From NCBI RefSeq assembly GCF_009914755.1, contig NC_060947.1: a stretch of 64,000 bases of DNA; one strand, 5' to 3'. A model generated the notes under the pieces. It saw only the letters and a list, made by a program, of their open reading frames with translations, was not told the origin of the DNA and did no database searches. Below, piece after piece: positions 54,615 through 64,000 of this stretch. Position numbers and translations under genes: made by a program. The DNA is from the human T2T-CHM13v2.0 reference genome, Homo sapiens. Numbering within the stretch: the stretch's first letter is position 1; each line of letters starts with the position of its first letter.

Positions 54615-55929
54615 TGCCTCCATCTCCCAAACAAGACCGAAATGGTTTCAATAGTAAATTCACTAGCCATTCACCGCAGACTAGGCGAAGAGGGAACCCT
54701 CACTAATGGGAATGGAATGGAGGAGGAAAATGAGTCTAATCTCAATCATGAACATATATTTAAAAAAGAAAAAACTCTACAAAATCTTAGCCAAGTATTC
54801 AAAGGATCTTATGCCATGACCGAGTTCATGTTGGTATACACTGCAATTGCAAACCAAGTCTTGCCAGGCCAACTCATCTTAATGGAAATGATGAAATTCA
54901 GTTGAGAACAGTGGCAGGCCAACAGTGAAACTTTTGAATGAAATGCACTTTAATTCAATGTCCTCATCCTTGAATGTCTTCATATCTTTATTATCCTTGG
55001 TACTTTCATGCCCCAGGACCCAAAGCTGAGAAACCAGCTTGAGGAAGCATCCTGGGCCCACAACTGATTTGGTTCCACCCCTACATCTCTCTCCTAAAAC
55101 TCCCTTTCTCACTGTGTCCACCTCACTCAGAAGCAGTAGTCCTCAGTCCTTGGAGCACACCTGAGTCTGCAGGGATACCTGTTAAAAATGTGAGCTGTCT
55201 CCTGGGGCAGGTTAGTTGACCTAGTGGACTCACGTCTCTGAAAGGTTCCAGCTGACTTGCACTGGTATCTAGGCTCACCCACTTTCCAGCTGTATGGCCT
55301 TGGGCAAATGATCTCCCTGCTCTGAGGTTCAGCATCCTCCCGTGAACCACATAGCCTCCCTAGCCCAAAGGGGAGGGAAGAGTCACAGCTCCTTTGCCCA
55401 CCATGCAGGGTGCCGCATGGTGGTAAGGGCAGCAGCCAGTGGGGAGCAAGGGAAGATATCCTTTGGGCAGCCTGAGTCCAGGAAACACAGCTCTGCCTCG
55501 CTCAGCCCCAGAAGGAGCCACACATCTGCCAGGATCTCAGCAGGGTCAACAGGAGCAGCCAGGCTGAGCTCACATCTCCCTGAAAGAAAGACAGCCGTGG
55601 GGCGTTTCCTGCTGGGGACAGGTGGAGTGAAGTCCTTGCTCTCCTTGCAAGCAGCCGAACATTCAAAGCGAGGCTGACAAGTTCAAGTCATCCTCTGATC
55701 CTTCTAGAAATATCCTGCTAAAAGCCAATCACATGTTTTCTTTCAAATGTGTCATTTTGCACAGATGTTTAAACTCTGGCATAAGCAGCAGGTTGCATCA
55801 GCCTCTCTTACATCTAAGGCCTGCAGGATCCCAATAATTTAATGTTGACCAAAGGAAGAAAGCCTCCTTACAAAGTGGCAGAAAGAAGAGGATCAAGACC
55901 TCAAGGAGGGTTTTCTCAGGACACCTACT

Positions 55930-56290
55930 GACAGAAGCACTGTGCATCATACCTAGCATGTAGTAAGCCCTCAACAAATATTAGCTTTATTATTAGCATT
56001 GTTAGCACAGCTCCCACGAACAGTCCCCGATGCCGCATGTAAGTGGCTAACTGAGCAATTTGAACCCAGTGGGGTAATAATCTTGGAAGTTAAGAGTCCG
56101 GGCTCTAGAGTAAGACAGCCTAGGTCCAAATCCCAGCTCCACCACTCACTAGCCCTTCCGTGCCATAGAGTCCTCATCTGTAAAATGGGGATAATAATAG
56201 TATTTACGTCATAGGGCTGTAGCAAGGATGGAATGAGATGTTTTCAGTAGAGCGCTTGGGACAGCACCTGACATAAAAAGCATTAAGTCA
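55930..56290 (+). mobile_element. MIR fragments
   Basis: ctcatctgtaaaatggggataataatagta core. Confidence 0.75.
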
Positions 56291-59200
56291 ACATGGACCC
56301 TCAAATCACCCCCTTCAGCTGAGCTTTGTCAAATCGGCCTTGCCCATCTATTAACAGAATCTTGAGCAAGTTTCCGAAGTTACTGGTGTCTTGCAGTTGT
56401 TAAAACTCAGACCAGATTAAAATGTCAATCTCAGACTCAGTTTCACTCTTCCCTGAGCCCCTGGCTGCTCTGAGACCCTCCTGCCGCCCTACCCTGTTTG
56501 GGAAAATCAAAGGACACTGGCTGTCTCATGGGAAGGGGGAGGAGTGGGGGAAATACATGAGCCCTTTTGAAGGCTCTTTGAGACTTGAGTAGGTTTCTGC
56601 TCCTTGCCTCAGAGGCATCTTAACAAAGGTGACTCCTGACACCTTCCTGTAGGCTCTTTTTGCGTGGGGGATCTCTTTGAGGGGAGCTGGTTGGAGCTCC
56701 TTCCTGGCCTTCTCTGATCATCCAACACACACTCAACCATTCCCATACTGCCTAGGTGATGTCATGCCCTCCCGTGGCCTCAAGGGGCCATCGCTAGCTG
56801 CCTCTGCCCCTACAAGCTTGGCCTCTACCCTGGACGGTTCCTCTGAGCTCCTCCCCTGTGGTGTCCTGGTGTCAGCTCATCTTATCCACTCGGTTGCCAT
56901 ACAGGCCCCACAGCCTCACTGTCTCCCAAGTGAAAATCAGATCTCTATCCTATTCCCTTCCCCCAACTGTTACCCGTGGAGTCTCTAATTCCTGAATAAA
57001 AGATCTGTGCAAGTAACTGAGGCCAGCAGGCCCCTCTGTCTCTCCTTCCCAGCCCAGACTCTCTTTGGGCAAAGCTCATTCCTGGCTATTATGCACACCA
57101 AACACCAGTCCTTCAATTTGGGGCTGGGGCAAACAGTTTAACTCTCCAGTCTTAGGAGGAGAGGTCTCCCTTGTCGAAGATGGGAGTGGAGGCCAGAGAA
57201 CGGGGAGATGAAAGTATATCCCAGCCACGTAGGAACATTTCTGCTGGTGCAAGAAACCTACATCAAAGTGGCCACAAGATGAGCTAATAGAAGGTGGATA
57301 AATATGAGTCCATGTTTACTGCACTTTATGTGGAATCTTGACCATGTAGGGAGGGAAGGGCCTGCCTGCGCCATTCTCCTGCTCCCACCCCTTTTTCCCA
57401 AGCTGAGCAGGAGCCCCCTTGGGTCTTGGGGTTGACTTTATAGCATTTGAGATTCTTATCTCTTCCTTCTAGTCTTTTGAAGTACATGATGACACTCTCT
57501 CCTTCCTCTGCCTTTTCCTCTGGGGAAATATAAGAAAGGAATAAAGACTTATTTGTCTGGAAAAAAACCAAGTCCAACTTTTACAAGTAGAGAATAAACT
57601 ACAAACAACTTCAATCTGATGGTTGACTTTCACTGACAAGAAATTTCCTCCTTTCCTCTCCATCCCCATCTCTCCTTCCTTCCCTCTTTTTCTAAACATC
57701 TAGCAGCCTCCTTAACTGCCCTGTAGGCATAGCCCTGGCTAATACCTGTGACTGGAGGAGCTCTCATCCACCCAAGGTAGACATCATTTCACCATGCCAG
57801 GATGCAAGCTGTAGGCGAGGCCTGAGGCTCAACAGATCTTGGAATCCCCCTCTAAATGGGTATGGTCTCTGCAGAATTCAGGCTCCCCTTCTAGTCTATT
57901 CTTCTGAGGACCATCTCTTTCTATTTTTCCGTCAACACCCTTTGCCCCTCCTCTGACTCCCTCTCCCATCACCGCTACTCCTCCATCCTCTGGCTACCAG
58001 TTTTTGCCTCAGTACTAGGTGGCTTTTTACCAGACTGAACCCCTCAGGGTCCAGGCCTGGCTCAAAGCAGGTGCTCAGGACACAAGTATGGGCCACTGGA
58101 AGCCCTGTATCGTGGGGAGGGAGCAGGGAGTAGGGCTTCAGGAAGTGTCTGCAGGAGTGACTTCATACAATCCACTACGATTCTGATATTTTAAAACAAA
58201 TAATATGTGTGACTTTTTAAAATGTCATGTAAAAACACGATTTAACTTGTCTTTAAAATATACCAGGTATTTACCAGGTTCGTACTTGTGAACAAATATT
58301 GTCTTCATCCAAACGTTAAGAATGGCTAAATGCCATCATGTTCCCTCCTCCAAAGCTACCCTCTTGGAAAAGACAAACTTGTCCAAAGAGGCTGCCTTAG
58401 TCTAGAACCCAAAGGACTTGTCACCTCCATAATTTGGAGACACAGCATGAGCAAGCTTCGCCTGCCACCCCACAGCCCCGCCCCGAGCCTGGCATACTGG
58501 GCCATTGCAGATTGGGTGGCAATACTGGCAGACATCTAGTTCTAAACCTTGAGTTTAGAAACATGGGCACTTGCAAATGGCATCTCTGGTTTCTTTCTGT
58601 CCTGGAAATGATCATCGTCTGTTCCCTCCAATGCTCACTGAGCATTTGGTGCGTGCCAGCCCCCATACCTGTTACCTAAGACTCAGGGAGGAATATAAGC
58701 TGGTTTCTGCCTTCTAGAGCTCACGGGCTGTCAGGTAGACAGAGGAAAACCCAGTCACCACCACATGATGTGCTCATGAAGGGACTGAGCCACGTGCGTT
58801 GGCTTGGCAGTCCCCAGTAGCTCAGAAGGGCTGCCATGGGGAGGAAGCATTTTCTTCCGGTGGTCTTTGAGAAACAACCTCTCTACACTGACACCAAGTA
58901 CAGCAGCACCTGCCTGTGTCCCTTCACCTGAGTGAAGTCTTTGTTTGTCTTTGTTTGTTTTAGGTAAAATTAATTCTTTCTCAGTTCAGAGTGGCCCCTG
59001 ATTCTGCCATACAAGTGTGTAGTAGATAAGTTCACGTTCAGTGTCGCTACGCCTTTCTGATTTTGCAGTCTTTATTTCCTTCTAGCTCTCACCTTTACAG
59101 ACTTAAAAATGCTCCACTGGAAACATAGGTTGTTTGCTATTGGAGTTTTTTGGCCTCTGACACCCCTTTGGCTCCTTGCTTGTGCTCCTCAGGTTTCTCT

Positions 59201-60396
59201 GGGCCTTCTGGGGGGCTGGCTTCTCCTTCCCACCTGCTTTATAGGGAAGACACATTGCTCTTGGCTCAAGGCACCACCCAGAAGCAGAAGGAACTCTCTC
59301 CTGGGCAGCCCAGTGACTGGCACGGGCTCAACAGCTTGAACGCTCCCCAGCCAGAGGAGGTCTGGCACAGATTGAACGGGCTTGTTGGGAAGTACTTGGG
59401 GGCCTCAGAATGGCTGAGTGGGCTGGGCCCACAGCAGCAGGGGCTGGCAGGGCTGGCTTAAGTGTTAAGAATAACTCTTTTCTGTTGTTGTTTTTATTAG
59501 TGCTTTTTTATTACGAAAGTAATACACTGCCATAAAAATTCAAAGAGTACAGAAAGGAATAAAGAGAAAACTCAAAGCATCTTCCCAGTCAGCCCACACA
59601 AACCCACTTCCTAGAGGCAGCAGTTATGATCAGTTTCATGTGAAACCTTTAATATAATTTTTATACATATGCAAATGTAACAAATATAAGAATGCATTTT
59701 TTGCAAATTGCTTTTCTTTAAAGGAAAAAAGTATATGCCCATTTTTTAAAAAGTCAAACACTACAGAAAACACAAAATAAAACATAAAAAATAAAAACAA
59801 GGAAAAGACAGCTCTCAAAATCCATATCTTAGAAGATAGCAAGTGTTGACACTCTGGAAGGTGTTTCTCAAAGCCTTTGGGCAATTTGACAGAAGTGAAA
59901 TCACACTATTTACGCTGCCATGTAACTTGCTTTGATGCAAACTGCTATTTCTCTCTTTCATTCAACAATATATTATTGGCATTTTTCATGCCCCTAACTA
60001 GAGATCTAAAATCAACACCTCGATTGGCCACATAGTATCCTGTTATAACTTTGGAATGGATCTTCTGATAGAAACTTATCTTGTAACGAGTTTTTTAAAA
60101 TATCATGAATAATGTTGCAATGAGCATACAGGTACTTAGTTATCTCCCCCTGATGCAGTTACTACCTGAGGATAAATGCCTAGATGCGAGGGTACTGGCA
60201 ATACAACCCCAAACCACACTGAGCTGACACTTTCTATCCACTGCATTGAGAAAATAGAACACATCTGACAACACCAAGTGTTGGCAAGGATATGTAGCAC
60301 TGGGAATTGTTTAGGCAGGAAAGTCAGTGTTCTGCTGTCAGATTGAACATGCACATACCCTGTGACCCAGCAATTCTGCCCCAGGATATATTATAT

Positions 60397-60740
60397 AGAT
60401 GGTTCATGACTTAACAATGGCCCGACTTACGATTTTTCCACTCTACCATGATGTGAAAGCGATACACATTCAGTGGAAACCAAACTTGAAGTCCCATACA
60501 ACTATTCTGTTTTTCACTTTCAGTGCAGTATTCAATAAGTTACATGAGATATTGAACACTTTATTATAACGTAGGTTTCATGTTAAATGATTTTGCCCAA
60601 CTATAGGCTAGTGTAAGCATTCTGAGCACATTTAAGGTAGGCCGGGCAAAGCTATGATGTTTGGTAGGTTAAGTGTATTAAATGCATTTTCTACTTAGGG
60701 TATTCTGAACTTATGATGCAGTTACATCCCGATAAACTCA
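60397..60740 (-). mobile_element. MER47A-like Tigger MITE
   Basis: cgacttacgattttt...ttttgcccaactataggct...gttacatcccgataaac. Confidence 0.7.
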
Positions 60741-62819
60741 CTCCACATCTGGGAATGTTAAATGCTGCTGACATGTCCAGTAAAATGCAAACTGAAAACT
60801 GATCATTGGATTTAGCAACATAGAGGGGGTTGATGACCTTGACAAGAGCCATTTCTGTGTAGTGATGGGAGTGAAAGAGAAGGGAGGAAGAGGACTCTGA
60901 GAAAGTGTAGAGAATTCTCTGAAGGATTGTTGATGTAAAGGGAAGAAGGGGAATGAATGGACAGTAGCTAGAAAGGTGTATGGGGTCAAGAGAAAGGTTT
61001 TTTAAAATGGTGGGAAGAATTCCAGCATGTGTGCATGCTGAGCAGAATGATCCGGTCAAGAGGGAATAATTGATGGTGCAGGAGAAAGGGCGAAATGTTA
61101 GCAAGATGTTCCTGGGTAGGCAACAAATGGGATTTAGGGCACAAGCAGAAAACCTGACCTTTCATCTGCTTCAGGACACATCGTTCTCTTGTATCAGGAT
61201 GGGGCAGAATGTGTAGATAATGGTGCTGTGGAGGTAGGGGATGAAGATGTTTATATGCATCTCATTTAATATAATATATATATGTACTATTTTTGTATGT
61301 CAGATAATAAAAAGAATTTTAAAATGTTAGCATTGTTGAGTCCAAGGGATACCTCATCATTCATTTTGTGGCATATTTTTAGATCACCACCCAGAAGGTT
61401 GCCCTGACTTATCCTCCCACTCTCAGAGCCCCTGGGGCAGAAGAGTGCCCATTTTCCCACACGCCAGGTACCCCAGGGTTTTGCAGATTTGTTTTAAGTT
61501 TTACATACCTGAGGCAGGGGTGGAAACAGTTGACTTTCTTTGCATTTCCTTCATATGCTAATTGGTGACCCGCAAATCTTCTTTTGTGATTATCTGTTCA
61601 CTTCCTTGGTCCTTTGCTGATTTTCCTACTGGGTTGCTTTAAAAGGAGTCCTTTTTTATTTTCGGAAGATTAAGCCTTTCGCTGTCATATGCAGTTCATA
61701 TAACTCTTCCTCATTTGTCATTTGTCTAATGACAGTTATGGTGGGTTTTGCCATACAGAAGTTTTTAATTTCTCCATCTTTTATGGTTTCTGGTTTTCAT
61801 GACATACTTAGAAAGGCTGTCCCCACCCCAGGATTCTTTCTCATACTTTTATGGTTTCATTTTTTTTACATTAAATTTCTGAGCCATCTGGAGTTTATTT
61901 TGGTGTGGAGAGTGAGGTAGGAAATCTAGCTTCTTTTTCCAAATGGCCAGTTATTCCAACATCATCTCTTGAATGATACACTTTTAATCCACAGATTCAA
62001 AATGCCACCTTGATCACACACTGCATTTGAAACTACACTCTATCCCTCCGTTCATCAATTTGGCAGCTGCTTCCTGTGTGCCTACTCAGGCATCATACTA
62101 GCATGAGGTGTGTTTCCTACATCCAGGAGGAAGGGAGAGGAGACACAGGAGACAGCGACCCTGCAGGGTAATAAGTGCTAGGGTGGAAGGCGGTGGAAGA
62201 GACACTTAGCTGGGTCTTGGTGGTTAGGGATGACTTCTTGTGAAGGCAATGACCTCTGAACAGACATGAGCATAGTAGCAGTTAACCAGTGCGAGGGACC
62301 TCAGTCAGCACTAAGTTCTAGAGACAGAATGGAGGCCTATGTTGGGAATCAGCAGGAAGTCCAGTATGGCTTCCATATGACAGGAGCTTAGAGCGTGAAG
62401 AGGCTGGAGCCATAGCAGGTACTAGACTTGGATGGCAGAGGGAATGAGGAGTCTCAGATGGTGCCCCTGTTTCTAGCCTGGACTGCTGGACATGGAGTCA
62501 CCTTATCACCCAAGCAGGGCAGAGGGGAAGATGGCTCTGGCTGCTTTGCAGAAAGTAGATGCAGGAGTCAAGCGCAGAAGCCAGGAGACTGGGGAGGAGG
62601 TGATCGGGGACACTACTGTGTCCCAGGATAGTGGCAGTGGAAGTGGATGGTTTGGAGCTGCAATCAGGACTGGCTGCTGGATTGGACATGGGAGACGAGG
62701 GAAAGATCAGTTAAACACCTAGGCCTTGGGAGGTGCCTTTGATGATGAAGAAAACTGAGGGAGGAGAGGTTTGGAAGGTGAAGGATGGTGGCACAAGAGT
62801 TTGTTTTGAACATGTTTCA

Positions 62820-63110
62820 TTTGGATTGACTCAGACATTCATGTGGTGATTTCAAGTAACAAAAGTAGCAATAGTAAACATTCACTGAGCACCACCATGT
62901 AACAAACTCCATTCCAAGCACTTTATGCACGCCATCCCATGTCATCTCACAACAACCTATGAAGGTAGATGCTGGCACTCTCATCTCTATTGTACAGGTA
63001 AGAAATGGAAACTCAGAGAGGGCAAGTAACGTGCCCAAGGTCACACAGCTATTAATTGGCACAGCTGGGATTTGCACGCAGTCCAGTTCCAGAGTCTGTG
63101 CTCATAGCCT
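62820..63110 (-). mobile_element. MIR within an L2-rich region (~60750-63600)
   Basis: aaactcagagagggcaagtaacgtgcccaaggtcacacagct. Confidence 0.75.
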
Positions 63111-64000
63111 TCATGCCTCCAGATAAGTGGGTGTCAGGGAAGCCAAGAGAAGCAAGTTTTTCCAGAAGGGGAAAGTGGAGTGATCAACTGTGGCCACGGG
63201 GTAAGTGAAGGCAGAAATGTGAACACTGGGTTTAGCAACATGGAGATGACTGGTGACAAGAATGATGTGAAGGGAGTGGTAGGGTTGAAGTCCTGATCCG
63301 GGTGAGTTTATGAGAGAATGGGAGGAGAAGGAGAGACAGTGAGTCTAGACAACTCTTTTGAGGAGTTTTGCTCAATAGCAAAGTGGAGAGATGGGGCAGT
63401 AACTAGAGGTGGGAGTGTGGTCAGGTGAGATTCTTTTTTTTTTTTTTATGTTGATGGGAAAGCTCCAAATGAAACAGACATTTTTATGATGTAGAAGAGA
63501 AAGGGATAATTATAAAGAGGGAAGAGTCTATGAAGGGGAGAAGGAGTGGAATCCAGAAGTTTATATTGGCACCATTCTGCACAGTTGCGTGACGTCTGCC
63601 AGCATGGTTCTTTGCCTTGGGGCAAGCATGAAGAATATAGACATTTAGCTTTGTCCAGATTTGATGCCATTATCATCAGGTGGAGGTGACAAAGAGACAG
63701 TAGGGTGAGAAGATTAGGATGTTCACAAGACAGCGGTTGAGTAAGCTGGATAGGGAGGGAAATGAAGAGAGGAAAGGACTAATGGATGGATAGAAAGTGG
63801 AGCAGCCAACAGTTGGGAGCTTGAAAGATAGTTGTCACAGAAGTGGTTGAACGAGCCTGCTGGAAAGAGAGGAGGTTGGGGCAAGAAGTTGGAAAGCCTG
63901 CATTCTCTATTCTGGAGGAAGCAACAGCAGGCAGGCTGCACCTGTGGGAAGAAGCGGCTGTGGTGGAGCTGACAGGGTCTTGGGAGATGCCTGGGGAGCC

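Noticed and set aside
54357-54905. 182-aa ORF
   Set aside because: First half lies in an MLT2 LTR; non-ATG start; no recognisable motif or supporting exon structure

Overview
Primate, almost certainly human, Xq28 genomic DNA. Two genes lie head-to-head across a short CpG-rich bidirectional promoter. CETN2 (centrin-2, minus strand) has 5 coding exons that reconstruct to 172 aa, an exon 1 contributing only the ATG, and a GC-AG intron 2. NSDHL (sterol C4-decarboxylating 3-beta-HSD/SDR, plus strand) has a non-coding exon 1 and 7 coding exons that reconstruct to 373 aa. NSDHL intron 1 holds a full-length (~6.15 kb), ORF-disrupted, antisense L1PA element. That L1 inserted into one arm of a ~290-bp inverted repeat I cannot assign to a known family. 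The rest is introns and ~22 kb of intergenic DNA rich in Alu, L1M, L2, MIR, MaLR/MLT and DNA-transposon relics. I see no clearly novel gene system. The most unusual items are the L1-split inverted repeat, a candidate cryptic exon whose donor lies in that repeat, possible L1 antisense-promoter-driven NSDHL transcripts, and a 47-bp Alu fragment apparently copied from a neighbouring Alu. Repeat subfamily names come from recalled consensus motifs, not a RepeatMasker run, and most repeat boundaries are approximate.
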